Source of the DNA: Minutocellus sp. GHC0000111
Lineage: Eukaryota
Reading direction: 5' to 3'
DNA length: 64,000 nucleotides
NCBI GenBank assembly: GCA_977018835.1
Contig: OZ361258.1
Location: 2,232,001 to 2,296,000 of the forward strand
Shown: piece after piece, positions 1 through 12,390 of the stretch
Layout of the letters: every line of letters begins with the position of its first letter
Numbering within the stretch: the stretch's first letter is position 1
Position numbers and translations under genes: made by a program
The notes under the pieces: generated by a model
Databases searched by the model: none
What the model saw: the letters and a program-made list of their open reading frames with translations, nothing else
What the model was told of the DNA's origin: nothing

Positions 1-1036
1 GGTAATATTATACGGCGAAGCCGCTGGTGCTGTTGATTTGGACGCCCGCCGTTCATTTGAAGATGTTAATTTATTCTTTGGTTCAGCCCTGAACCCAGTC
101 CATTGGTGTGACGATGCATCACTCTGCCCAAATCAATTTATTGATGCAACGGATACAGCCGAGAGGATTAAGCTCGGGAAGAATAGATGTTCAACTTTGC
201 TGGAAGAACGTTTTAGGAAGTAACATGTAGGTGCAAGGCAATGTTGCACTCCAAACTATCACATTATCATCGCCCTAAAGTGACTTCAATTTGAATGCGA
301 CTATTTCGTTTCAATGCCCTTATTGATGGAGGGTTTAGATTTGATGGGGGGTTCAGATTACCAACTCCAGATATCATCATGCCAATGCTCACACAACCAA
401 TCTAAGCCTCCGGCCGACATCGCCCCATCTCTACGGCGTGCACATATCTTTTGGAATATTTGATCTGCGGTCTGCACAAACTACGTAGTAGTCAGAGCCA
501 CTCCCGCCTTCAATTAACTGCTGGAATCAGACATCCAATAAGACCAATGCACGAACGTTCTACTGCTCTGCTGCTACCGGTACAACCCCTGCAACATTGA
601 GGAGGACGGACGACGTGCCATTTGGAAATTCAAAGAGGCGGGCAGTGTACATTCAACATTCAGCAAGTCACTTTCTACTTTAACAGTCATGTGGGGCACC
701 CCTTTCCCTGTCCGCTTCTGCTCTGCCCGCGCTTCTGCTTTTGAGCCTACGCTGCTTCTGCTTGACTTTTGCTCTTCTGGCAGCAAAAGAAGCTTCCGCC
801 GAACCTTTCGCACAGTTCCGGGTGTTTCAAAGTTCCGCCGAACCTTTCAAAGTTCTTTTTGCTCGGTGCCACGCAAGTTGTGCGCGTTCTTCGCGATCTC
901 ATTTTTCAAGCAACCTCCACGCGTCGTATCTTTTTCCTCAACGAAGATGTCACCAACAAATTCAAGTCAGTATCACCGCGAGCACCGTCATCGGCATTCT
1001 TCGACGTACCGGTATTATTCCTTCGCCGTAACCGCC

Positions 1037-2821
1037 ATGTTCGCCTCTGCCGCCACCCGTTCCGCCGCCGCCTACTCCATCGGCAAGTCGGCCTTCGTCC
1101 CGTCCGCCGGCGCGAGCCGCGTCGCCGCCGCCGCCTCCCGATCGGCTTCCACCACCTCCGGCGCCTTCTCCCGCACGCCGACCATGTATGCCGATCCTGG
1201 TCAGGCCGAGGTCATTCTCGTCGGCTGCGGTGCTCCCAACCGCGGTATGGGCTGGTACCACGCCGTCCAGATGCTCGACAAGAAGTAAGTTGTGAAAAAC
1301 GGCATATGATTTCAATTGCTTATCCTCTGCCTCGGGGATCTTTTTTGCTTCGGGAAGTTTGGAATCGGAGGAAGAAGAAACAGATTTATTGACCAAAACA
1401 CATCAAATGCTTGCGTTGATTGTGTGATCATCCGCCACAAGAACACCCTAAAAGTCTGCACAGCTGATTAGATAAGGTGTATGCATTAGATTCGGCTGAG
1501 CCAACAGCCACTCCTTCGAGATTCGCATCGAGCGTATCTTTCTTTTCTTATCGGCAGTTGATCGGCGGCGTAAGTGTTGGGAGTTTCTGTTCCTTCTATT
1601 GGATGAAGCGGATCTCCCTTGGCAATTCCTTATTCATTATTGCTTCCGATGGCAGTTGAGAATTATCGAACACCGATAAATGCAGCAGTATGGTGTCTTC
1701 GGCCACTTCTTGTCTTTGGGTTCTCATTCTCCAACACATGATGTGGTTACCTTCTTTTTCACAATTTAATTGCAATTGCCCTCTGCAAATGAATCATTCG
1801 GCTCTTTTCCTTTGGATTGACGTACCAATGCACGCAGGTGCCCCCACGCTTCGCTCGATTTCATCGTCGAGCCCTGGTTCATGGGCCCCGGTGGAGAGGG
1901 ACCAGGTGGACCGGAATTCAAGGAATGGCAGGCCGAGTCGGAGGCCAAGTACGGTGTCAAGTTCGCCACCAGCCTCGACGATCTCCCCCCTCCCACTGCT
2001 CCTCGCCTGGCCCTTATCTCTGGCCGTACGGCCGACAATCCTCGCCTTTTGACCGAGTCCATCGCTCACGGATCCAAGTGCATCTACCTCGAGAAGTCTG
2101 GTGCTCCCACGGTCACTGAGCTTGAGCAGATGGCCAAGGAGGCAGCGTCGAGGTTCTCATGGGCTACAACAAGAACGTGTGCAAGTACGTTCGCAAGACC
2201 CGTGAATTTGCCGAGACTGTCCCTGGATCGCACGTTACCTTCGTTTCCAACAACGCCTACGAGAACACCCCCGAGTGCCTTGGCGAGTGCTTCGAGCGAA
2301 ATGCCGAGGGTATGCTGAAGAACATGGCCATCCACGAGCTTGCCCTCTTGGTTTCCTTCTACGATGTTTCCGTGGACAATATCGAATCCGTAACCGCCGA
2401 CAAGGAGTTCTCCTCCATGCAGACCCTCCCCGGACCGAGCGGAAAGGAGTACACCGATTTCGACAAGATCAAATTCACCATCAAGACCAAGACCGGAAAG
2501 GAGGTTTCAGTTGCCGCCGATCGATGCGGTGGTACCGACTCGTATGCCACGGTTTCGGATGCCAGCGGTGAGGAGGTGTTCCGTTATTACATGCCCGACG
2601 ATGAGGACAAGAAGTTGGTGGAGGAGCTCACGGCCAAGTACCCCACGGCCATGCCCTACTTCTTCACTCAGGATCCCGATTACATCACCGTCAAGGAGCG
2701 CGTTGCCAAGCACACTGTTGACGGAGAGCCGGCCGAGGGCATTGCCACCATTGGCATCGCGGTGGAGACTCTCAAGGTCGCGGAATACCTCACCCCTATC
2801 CTTCAGGAGCAGCTTCAGTAG
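1037..2821 (+). pseudogene. Gfo/Idh/MocA-family oxidoreductase, organelle-targeted; frameshifted (exons 1037-1284, 1838-2821)
   Basis: Rossmann motif VILVGCG..RGMGWYH. GT-AG intron 1285-1837 joins in frame (K-CPHASLDFIVEPWFMG). The family EKP motif reads EKS. The frame changes near 2141-2147, between ...MAKEA and VEVLMGYNKN. Confidence 0.75.
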
Positions 2822-3112
2822 ATTCACTTTTAATATAATTCGGTTTCAAATACCGAATAGTAGAGATAAATTTTGGTGGGCGCGATTCAGGTTCTTTCTT
2901 CGCCGAAGCCTACTATTAATAGTACATCACTGTGTAGCGAGACTTGTTGATCGGATCTTACACTAGATCTACTGGCACAATCTTGAAAGGAGAAATGATA
3001 CTTACTAGCTAAATTTAGCTATGTAGCTAGGAGCGCATTTGATTGATCTGGAAGTGGATCACCCATTGCGCTAAAGACTGTGCCCAGCAAATTACTTCTC
3101 AAGATTGATTCA

Positions 3113-4357
3113 TTAATCCTCCTCCTCCGTTTCGACTTCCGGTGGGTCAATGAAATATTCGGGCCCATAGTCGAGCAGAAGCTCGTCGCCCTCTCTAATG
3201 TGTTTCTTCGCCGTAATTTTGATCTTGCCGCCGACAATGCTGGCCACAACGTTGGCCTCTTCGCCTTCGTTTGGGGCGTTGATGTACCGCGTAAAGCCAC
3301 CGCAGTGTTCGGCATTAATCTCCCACTTGCCATCACTATCAAGAGCGAAGGCGTATTTGGTAGAGTGTTGAATCCGCTGTTCTCGCCGAACTCCGCCATA
3401 GTGACCAATGAGATTTTTTGCCGTAATGTTTTTGGCCGCATGCAAACCCTTTCCTCTCCCTTTCGAGTGGCCAATTTTAACCCTGTTGTTCTTCTTGTCG
3501 AGCTCGTTTTTGTGCTGTTGAATCCATTTATCCAATTCGTCAAGAGGTGACATTCGATCAATGAAAATCTCACCTGAACACATTACACCTGGATCCCAGA
3601 GTGGGTCAATCTCGACGCCTGCTTTTCGCATCGCGGAGAGGTAGGGGAAAAGAAGTGGATTCGCATGGCGTGCAAGATGCTTTTCCATCTGGTCATGGAT
3701 GGCGTGTGACTTCTGCCTGTCGAGGAAAGATTGGAACTGATATTCCAATGGGAGTGTTTTGGCCCTCTTCATGCTTCTTGTAGACCTTCCTTCCCTTTCT
3801 CCTGACAGCGACTTGATGCGCTCACTTTCGGCGCCGATTCGCATGGACTCTCTCCTCGTGCGTTCCATCTCACCTTGCTGGTGGCTGATGAGGAAGCGGA
3901 GTTTCTGGTTTTCTTCGCGGAGGAGGTGGACAGCGGCAGCTTGGGATTGAGTCCCGTCAAGCCTCTGGATTTCGGCCTGCTGCTCTTCGATCTGAGCCTG
4001 CAGCGCCTGCACATGGTCCTGGGTCATCTCCTTCAGCCGCTGGCCGTGCGCCTGAAAGTCCTGGAAAGCCTGCAACAGCATGGGCCGAGGAAAAGGCAGG
4101 CCCTGGTGGGGAGGAGGGGGGAGTGGAGGAGGAGGAGGAGGATGCTGAAGCTCACCAGAGCCCTGATGGTGCTGCTGCTGGGCAGCGTAGGCGTCATCGG
4201 GACTGCAAGTGAATTGACGACATGGTGGTTGTGGTGATGTGGAAGGAGAACCAAGACGATGATGTTGAGTGACGAGGCAACGATGCACAGTCGAATCATC
4301 ACCAGAAGACCGCAAACTAGCAAAGAACAACCATTGCAGCCTGCTCCTTCCTTTCAT
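3113..4357 (-). CDS. SET-domain protein (putative lysine methyltransferase) with N-terminal coiled coil
   Basis: SET motifs GRGKGLHAAKNI, RYINAP..ANV and ELLLDYGPEYF, preceded by a Gln/Glu-rich coiled coil. True start uncertain. Confidence 0.75.
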   Translation of the reverse strand: MKGRSRLQWLFFASLRSSGDDSTVHRCLVTQHHRLGSPSTSPQPPCRQFTCSPDDAYAAQQQHHQGSGELQHPPPPPPLPPPPHQGLPFPRPMLLQAFQDFQAHGQRLKEMTQDHVQALQAQIEEQQAEIQRLDGTQSQAAAVHLLREENQKLRFLISHQQGEMERTRRESMRIGAESERIKSLSGEREGRSTRSMKRAKTLPLEYQFQSFLDRQKSHAIHDQMEKHLARHANPLLFPYLSAMRKAGVEIDPLWDPGVMCSGEIFIDRMSPLDELDKWIQQHKNELDKKNNRVKIGHSKGRGKGLHAAKNITAKNLIGHYGGVRREQRIQHSTKYAFALDSDGKWEINAEHCGGFTRYINAPNEGEEANVVASIVGGKIKITAKKHIREGDELLLDYGPEYFIDPPEVETEEED

Positions 4358-5137
4358 GCCGCCAAGACAAGACGAATTGGATCCTCAGTTGACGGCAGCT
4401 GCGGCGACAGCACCGGTGTTCCTACCAATGCTTTGACCGGACCCTCTCGAAGGACCACGAACATTACGGGCACTGGGGCTAGGTTCCTCCCGCCTCTCGC
4501 AGCGGCCTCTTCTCGGCTTCTTTTCTGCTCCCTCCAGTTCACAAACTTATTCCCCCCGTCGGGGCGGAAACTACCACATTGTCGTCCGAATTCACAAGGA
4601 GCTGCGCTACTTCGGACTGCAGATTGTTGAAGGAGTGAGCCCGTGCAACTATGCATTGGCATTGAGCTGCACGCAATTGACTGCACGCAATTGACTGACT
4701 CGTCTCGGACGTCACATCGGGCGCAAATAAAGCAGTCTATGCTGAGAATCAACCTGATTGGCACCATCAACACAAAACTCATCAGCGGCAGATAAGACGC
4801 CACGCCCCAGTGTCGACCAGGTCTTCAGTTCGTCTCGAAGGGCCAAATAATAGCGGTCCATTCACATCCTTTTGTTGGCGGAAAAATAGCTGAAGTAGAA
4901 GGTAGTGGTGCTTCAAAGAGATCGTGGTCCTGATGCCACTTTTTGATTGTTGCAACAGGCTTCAAGTAATCAATGAGTACCTGACAAACATCAGTCGAGC
5001 GAATCATTTAGCTGGCCGGCTGGCGCCGCCCAGTGGCTAAACGAGTGCACGAGTGGTTGGTAAGGAGAGGAAGAGCACTGCCATCCGTACATGTAGCAAA
5101 GTTATTCGAAGCCAGTAATTCACTAGTATCAGAGTTA

Positions 5138-6372
5138 TTAGATTCTGTGTGTATTCAACATCCAGGAGTTTTGGCGAAGAAGATGGAGGCGAGCCAAGTG
5201 GCCCCGAACTACCGAACCAATACGAATGGCAGCCGGAATCGTTCTCATAATGTTGACAAATCTACGGGCTTTCCCACTCACCTCGCGGTCGGCACTTGCA
5301 ACCAACTGCCGAGCATATTCGTAAGGTGTTGCAATCCCGGCTTCCACACGGAAGTGGGCATCAGCACCAGTAAAAATGAGCATCTCCATTATCACGAGAT
5401 ACGCTTGGAAGTCCCCGTACAGAACGCCCATCGCGATTACATGATCCAAAACAGTCTGTAACGATCCACTCCGAGGATGAAGAAAGGGACGATTGGGATC
5501 GAAAGAAGGGTGGCGGATGATATCGTGGAGCAGAGGCATCTTATGAGGTGACTCCGCCGCCTCGACCAGCGCCGAGGGTACCAGCTGGTAATCACCGAAA
5601 TCTTCATTCTCACTAGCCATGCTGTGAACGTCAATTTCCTCTCGCAACAGGAGACGCCCCAAAGAGGAGCGGCTACCGTGATCAATGGCGACGGCGACAA
5701 GGTGTTTCGACACAGCATTGCCACCAAAGTCATGTTCGGGATGGCCGAGGGCGGTCAGGCATGGGAACAGGCTATTCACGTCGACGTTGGCGTGGCAGCA
5801 AGCAGGTGCTCGAGCAGATCGACGCAGTCAAGACGTACGGCCATGGAAGGGTTCGTCAAGGCGGCTCGGATACGTTCCGGAAAACTTCCATTCGCCACAA
5901 TGTCGTCCAAATAATTCTCGTTGCGGGCAAACCACTTGGGGAAGAACCGTTGGAAAGCACCGGGACCGGCGGCGAGAGCCTGAACCAAATACGACCAGTT
6001 TCCTTGGTAGTAGCAGCACTGTAGCGTTTCCCAGTCCTTGGTCAAAGGTTTGCACAGCCTATCTACCAGACCGACTGTGATGGGCAAGAAGGTAACAATA
6101 CGGGCAATGACCTCGAACGGGAGGGTGGGCACGGTTGTGCCGTGGTTTCGCCGTCCCGCCGATACCGGCGAGGAGACGAGACGTGGTCCCCCCGAATCAC
6201 CAAGCTGCTGCTTCGGAGACGAAGACATCACTCCCACGCCAATGACACCGCTAGAACTACCACCCAAAACGACCATCTCGGTCGACCCATCGCCGCCGAC
6301 AATGGTGGCACTGGACTCATTGTTGGCACGGGAGCCCGCCCTCCCGGGTGAGACGTCTCCTCCATCGGTCAC
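5138..6372 (-). pseudogene. F-box-like / ankyrin-like repeat protein, frameshifted near 5780-5795
   Basis: LPFEVIARIVTFLP (F-box-like) and ankyrin-like segments (HPSFDPN, LIFTGADA). Two overlapping ORFs (5776-6372, 5138-5779) join by a frame change at ...ANVDVNSLF. Confidence 0.5.
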
Positions 6373-6950
6373 ATCGTCGTCGCCACGCCGGAGGGGCAGC
6401 CGAGACGATGTAAGACGAGGCGTAGAGCTAATTGGTATTGGTATCTTGTGCGATTGTGTATAGAGCGTGCCCTGAAAGTGATGCAGGCATGTGCCATGTG
6501 TGTATCAATGGCCCCGGCCTCTCGGAGCGACAAGCGAGAATAATGAGCCGTGCGTTAGAAAAAAACACACGGCGTGGCGCCGCAGTTTTTCAATGTCATG
6601 GCAGATCATCGCACAGCAGCGCATCGCCAGCGAGATCAGCAGCAGCACTGCACGAAGCAGCCATGTAAAGCGGTCATTCCATCTTGGCTCAAGAACACCA
6701 GAGTGCGAAGAAAAATGAGGCTGCTGCAGCGAACGTACTACTACTAGAGTACGTAGCTAGCTAGGCCTAGCTACTAGAGTACGTACATACACCCGTTGAT
6801 AAAACTCCATTCTGAATGTGCTGTTAAGCTACGATTTGACGTGGCAATACCAGCGTCTTTCGCCGTTCTCCGTTGACGCCGCTGCCTCCTTGCTCGGCCG
6901 TACTACCATGCGAAGCAACGCATGGTACTACTAGTACGCTCGCGGTAGAT

Positions 6951-9119
6951 ATGATGGCACCGGCACAAGATGAGGATGCAGCAGCAGCAGCAGCAGCGGT
7001 GGCAGGAGCAACCAATGGCGATGATGGCGCAAATATGACGAACAAGAATGGAGCAGGCGAACCAGCACGAGCAGGTGTTTCCCTTGAGAAGATGGAGGAG
7101 GTGTTCCTCACCATGCACTATCGCAAGATGCAGCGCGACCTCAACGGCCCTCAGAAGAAACAATCAAAATATCACTACGTGGCATTGGCTTGCATGCTGA
7201 TTCTCATCTACGGTCTTTCGGCGTATCAGCGCGAGACGACCATGCCGGAGCAAGAAGGCCAGGCAGAGGTGGAACAGCCGGAAGAAGACACACCCATCGC
7301 CATCGTCCTGACGGTGCCCCAAATCGCTCTGATCGGGGTTTGGATCTTCGTTTCCATCGTCGTCACTGGAATATTTGCGGGCAGCAAGCTCATCCACCTG
7401 CTGTATTGGATGGTGGTGTACTTTCCTCTTCTCGCCATGCTGGCCTCGGTGCTGTTCTACGACGAGCCGTCCATCTTTGGAGATGGCATTACATGGATCG
7501 CAGTGGCTCTCATCATCGTGGAGGTTGTTACACTGCTGGCGTTTGTCCTTATCTTTTATGTCTATCCCAGAGTGGTAACTTCGAGATGGTTCCGAGTGTC
7601 GTATGGTGCCAGCCGGTACTTTCGCATTTCCGTGCTTGATGACTGGACCATGGAATACGACGGTCGATGGGGCAGATGCAGCAGGAGGTATGTGTGCCGG
7701 TACGTCGGGGAGGTCAACGAGGAGGGATTGCCGCATGGGCGGGGCGTGTGGTCGGACGACTCGTACAACGGCGAAATCCTCACGGGCATGTGGAAGGACG
7801 GAAAGCCGGCGGCACCCTTTGACAGTCGATAGTACGGAGGCAAGGGAAATACTTTTGCTGGTGTGCAACTTGCCTTCTACATGGCGTCGGACGACACGTT
7901 CGAAGCCAACAAATTGATTCCGACCAACGAGCAGCCTCCCAGATGTGGCGTGATAGGAGTAGAATGCAGCATTGCGGGTGATTTCTATTCCAACCTTCCA
8001 GAAGCGTCCCTAATCGTTGGGCCCAAGGTCGATGGCGAAGACATAACAATCGGCGAGTGTTGCCGACTGCTTGAAGGTCCAAGCGCCAGCGCTGGCGCCG
8101 GTATTGCCAACGAACCAACAACAGCTCTTCATATCTCGTCAGATGATCCACGAGGCGTTCAGATTGGCGGCCACGTTTATGCTCCCACCGGGCTTCCATT
8201 CACGAAGCGGTTGAATCAGATTGTAATCAATGTAGTGGCAGGGAAGCAACCTGAATACGAAATTCTGGAAAGGCCTGCGGATGACGAAGAGGATGGTCCA
8301 GATACTGGCACTGAAACTGATGCTGGTACTAGTACTGGCACCGCAAATGATACATCTTCCAGCCGACTGACTTTGGAGGTCAGAAACTGGGCAAAAATCC
8401 AGACTCGCGATGCCCTCATATTTCTTCCTGGCTTCAACTCTTGGCTCAAGCACTCAGCCGAAACGCTCGGCCAAATGGTCGCGATGACAAATCTGTCCAA
8501 ACATGTGTATCCCGTCCTCTTTTCATGGCCAGGTGGTCAAGTTCCTACCTATCGGCACGCAAGTTTTGCCTCGGCAACAGAAAATAATCGCAGATACTTT
8601 CTCCAGATGTTGCGTGGTCTGCAGCAAGAAGGTATCCAAAGCATTCATATTTTAACGCATTCCTTGGGCGTGCAGACTCTCATGAACGCATTTGAGAACC
8701 AACCAGATGGCTCTGTGAGCGAGGTAAGTGCATGCTTTCGTCCAGCACCCGCCTTTACGGATACTGCGGCCTCGGTAGGTGAAGTAGGACAGCTAGTGTG
8801 CAGAACAATGACGATGCTTAACCCCGACTTTCCTGTGCAGGCATTCCGAGAGAGAGGGTTCAAATCGATTTCATCTGTTTGCAGATGTTTAACGGTTGTC
8901 GGAGACAAGAACGACCAAGCCCTCTGGTGGTCGGGCGTTATCAACGGCGCATGCAATGCAATGAATTATGATCCCCCCTCCGTCTTGGACTCGGAAGCCC
9001 GGCGGCAAGAGTCTGGATTTATTTTTCAGCAACCAATCGGTAGAGATATTGAATCGCTCTATGCACAATGTAGAGTCCATCCAAATTTATTTTCTTTCTT
9101 TATCTTTAGAGATAGATGA
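6951..9119 (+). pseudogene. Membrane protein with MORN-like repeat and alpha/beta-hydrolase (DUF900-like) domain; in-frame TAG at 7830-7832
   Basis: Several TM helices, MORN-like YVGEVNEEGLPHGRGVW, and hydrolase motifs LIFLPGFN, FSWPGG, HILTHSLG. ORFs 6873-7832 and 7863-9119 share a frame and are separated by one TAG. The C-terminus appears to end abruptly near 9065. Confidence 0.7.
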
Positions 9120-9209
9120 CCTCGGAGGTTGACTGCATGTACGAGCACAGTGCTATTCGTGGCCCCGTTCGCCAGCGATGAACTCAGAAACGAGTATGAA
9201 GTCATCCTT

Positions 9210-10228
9210 TTAAAACTTGACCTCCCTTGATATGTGAACGTTTGCCCCACTGACTTCTCGTCCATCAATCGGCATCGCCACGGACGCAGTCCACTCCTTA
9301 TCCTTCCACTTGACATCGACGGAGTCCTGCGGCTTAATCTTGGCAGTGAAAGAACTGTCGTTGTCAATGCGATGGTCCCACTCCAACGTGACGTCGCCCT
9401 TGCTATCGACCGTCGGGCTGACCCAGTTGTCGTCATCGATGCGCTTCGAGAGCTTCACCTTTTGCGTGTCGGCCGAGGCCGTAATCTCCACGTTGATATC
9501 ACCGGTCTTCCAGGCCAGGACGACATCAGCCTCGCGATTGACCAGATCGTACCGCGGATTGACCGTCAGACGATTGCCCTCTTCGTTCTCCAAACCCTTG
9601 ACTAGCTGGATGCGATTGAGACCAAAGGCATCTGCCGACGGACTCCGTCCCGAAGTTGCCAGCGCCGCGTTGCCATCGAGCTGAATCTTCAGATCAAGAT
9701 CGTCGTTACCGGCATCAAGAATGACCCTCGCCGAGTTGCTCGTCTGACTATCGATGTCGGCCCGGGCGGCAAGGTCCCAGTTGGCGATGCGCTGCCGGGC
9801 TCGGCCCCAAATGCGCCGGGGGATGGTGGTAATGTCAGTGGTGGACTGAGCCGCCACGTCGATGCCATAATCGAGGTCCATGTCACCGTACTTGGAGGTG
9901 CCCTCCCAAGACAGAGCGGGCTCCAGTCCACCAAGACCAGAGAAATCACCATCCTTGACATTGATTCAAAACCAAATTGAAAAGGTCCAAATGGTGCGGT
10001 GCGCAATAATTATCAGAGGAAGTTGAAGGGATGGAGTGTGCCGGTGAGTTGCATGCAGGCCGTCACGTTCAGTAATATGAAGCAGATTGCACGGTCACAA
10101 TGGAAAAATGAGAGTGCACAAATGACGATACTTACCGACAATTGTGGCCTTCCCGCCGATGCCGAGGCTGGATCGAAGAGTAGCGACAGCACAAGCGCCG
10201 CCGCAACGGCGGTATCCTTCATCGTCAT
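9210..10228 (-). CDS. Signal-peptide-bearing beta-strand-rich (porin/beta-barrel-like) protein; exons 10228-10136 and 9965-9210
   Basis: Signal peptide MKDTAVAAALVLSLLFDPASASA, GTAAGT donor at 10135, alternating amphipathic strands, and C-terminal REVKF. The expected acceptor reads GA instead of AG. Confidence 0.55.
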
Positions 10229-10500
10229 CGTCGTCACCGTGCTGGTTTTGCATTTGAAGAGGAAGAGCATAGGAGGGAATCAGTCGAGTATGTCATGCGG
10301 GCTCAGCAGAGCTCCCCCCATTCCCCCATTGAACTTGCTGCTTGTGGAACATCGGCTACCGGTACTACGTAGCTAGTACCGATAGATCCATCTTTACCGG
10401 TACTCCCTTTCTATATTCTTTTATACCAATCGGTACTAACAATACCGGCACGGTACGGCGTAGATCTAGATCTAGCTACGTAGCCTAGCGGCCAAGTAAA

Positions 10501-12390
10501 TCAAACTAGCACATTGCACTCAACGTCCTGCCGTTTCCAGGCAGTCGCAGCTGCGCAGCCGAATTCAATTGATCCTTCGAAAAGACGATGAAAGTTTGAG
10601 CATATGTTCAAGAAGGAGAGGCCCGCTCGAAGTTGGAATGCCCAGGCAGTCATCGTTGAAGTCATGATATCTTCCATGGGTATTGATTTGTCACGTAGGT
10701 ACTGAAGCTGACCCGTCGCTTGCATAACATCATCCTTGTTCATAACGAGTTCCAGATGGCCGCTGCTTTTCTTCCCGTTCATGACCTTCCAAAGCACTGC
10801 ATCGTCCAAATACTTTGCGTCTTCGGAAGTAACGACAAGATGTCGAATATCGTCCATGGGGAACTCATTGTGAGCTTGTTCTATCAGCCTTCCAAAGTTG
10901 GCACATTTCTGTTCTTTGAGGCACTTGTCTGAACCGCGAAGAGGAATGCCGAGTCCGGCTTTTGGATTGTAATCAGGTGGAAAGCTGATATTCATGGCTT
11001 CTTGGATCTGCGACCGTGTCTTGCGATTGGGCCGGGTAATAAAGAGCTGGGCCGCGGCAATTACTCTCGATTGAAATTGCTCGGCCTCCATCATTTGTTG
11101 AAATGCTGCTGCCAAGTCATCTGCCCTCCCTGGAGCATCATATAGGCCCTTTGCCACAATACGCGCCACTGCTGTTACTAGATTGTCCATGCGCCACTTT
11201 CTTTGATCGGGAGTCCAGAAATTCTCCACAATTTTCAACTTGCCGGTCTCTCCGACCTTTAGAGCTGCCGCAAAGTCTCTCTCAACGACTCTGCTTAGCT
11301 TGATTACCCGCTGCTCTGTATGATTCAGAAGAATATTATCCCAATCTTTCGCGACAACCATTGCGCTTTGAACATCCTCCATTGATGGAAGACATGGACT
11401 CATGTGCAAGAAGGAGCACTGCAAATCCCCTCGGTCGCAATTGACAATGGTCATCGGCGACCGTTCGTCGGCTTCCGTGTATAGAACGATGCGTCCATGA
11501 GCCAAACCTGTCAGAAATGATGGAATTGCCATGCGCGTTCGTAAGTGCGAACCGAGTCCGGTTGGCGCAGTGAAGCCTTCAAATATGACATACTTCGCAT
11601 CGGGACACTCGATGCTGAAGGGAACTGCATCGCTATTTTCGTTCATATGTTTCAGGGCTTCATTTCGTGCTGGTCCATACTGATTTTCGTGTATTGCTGC
11701 GTAGATCAACTGCGATAGTAATGCCATCGCCTTTGCTTTGCCTTCGACATATTTACGTGCCAACAAAGCGATAACTTCGTCAATGGACTTGGCATTATTT
11801 GGCTGTAACATAACTGCACTCTCCTGCGCGCAAACAGTCTCGTTCAATATGTCCTGAACCGTCCCCTTGGCACCAACGACAATGAGACGACGTGCATCCG
11901 GCGCACTCAAGCCGCTGATGTCGTTCTCCAGCCATCGTTTCGAGATGTCATTTACAGTGACTGTATCTTTGTGGGCCTGCTTGCGCGATGCAATTATTTG
12001 TTGAAGTGACCCATGCCGTACCTCTCTGTTACTAGCGGTAATGATTCTACTGGTTAGGTTTGCGCCTGTACTCCTTCCAGTGGAAGTAGCCGTAGTACTT
12101 ATGCCACGGCTACGAATGCCTGGGGAAGACGTCTTGCTCGCTGCTCCAGCAAGTCTTGGCCAACCATAGTATGACACAACGAGAACAAACTCGAAGAAAA
12201 CAAATGTTATGATGACCTTGACGTAGAAACGCCTGGGCTTGGAGGAGGATCGATTGGTAGTTCTGCCGGTGGCGACGGATGATGTTTCGTGATGGTCATC
12301 GACGTCGAGGTCGTTATCATCTGTCGAACGACCGGCGGCCTTGAGATGTTCTGCGAGACCTCCCCGATGCCGCAGCGATGCGTTCGTCAT
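10501..12390 (-). CDS. Type II membrane glycosyltransferase, alpha-1,6-fucosyltransferase/NodZ-like
   Basis: Single N-terminal TM helix, GLGSHL motif, GIPLRGSDKC (resembles the H-x-R-x-x-D-K GDP-fucose motif), VTSED and SNFHRL. Intact 629-aa ORF. Confidence 0.55.
   Translation of the reverse strand: MTNASLRHRGGLAEHLKAAGRSTDDNDLDVDDHHETSSVATGRTTNRSSSKPRRFYVKVIITFVFFEFVLVVSYYGWPRLAGAASKTSSPGIRSRGISTTATSTGRSTGANLTSRIITASNREVRHGSLQQIIASRKQAHKDTVTVNDISKRWLENDISGLSAPDARRLIVVGAKGTVQDILNETVCAQESAVMLQPNNAKSIDEVIALLARKYVEGKAKAMALLSQLIYAAIHENQYGPARNEALKHMNENSDAVPFSIECPDAKYVIFEGFTAPTGLGSHLRTRMAIPSFLTGLAHGRIVLYTEADERSPMTIVNCDRGDLQCSFLHMSPCLPSMEDVQSAMVVAKDWDNILLNHTEQRVIKLSRVVERDFAAALKVGETGKLKIVENFWTPDQRKWRMDNLVTAVARIVAKGLYDAPGRADDLAAAFQQMMEAEQFQSRVIAAAQLFITRPNRKTRSQIQEAMNISFPPDYNPKAGLGIPLRGSDKCLKEQKCANFGRLIEQAHNEFPMDDIRHLVVTSEDAKYLDDAVLWKVMNGKKSSGHLELVMNKDDVMQATGQLQYLRDKSIPMEDIMTSTMTAWAFQLRAGLSFLNICSNFHRLFEGSIEFGCAAATAWKRQDVECNVLV

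Noticed and set aside
1..480. Possible degraded coding or retroelement fragment on the minus strand
   Set aside because: Many stops and no motif I can recognise.
6977..6997. GCA trinucleotide runs (also ~15203)
   Set aside because: Ordinary short microsatellites or poly-Ala.
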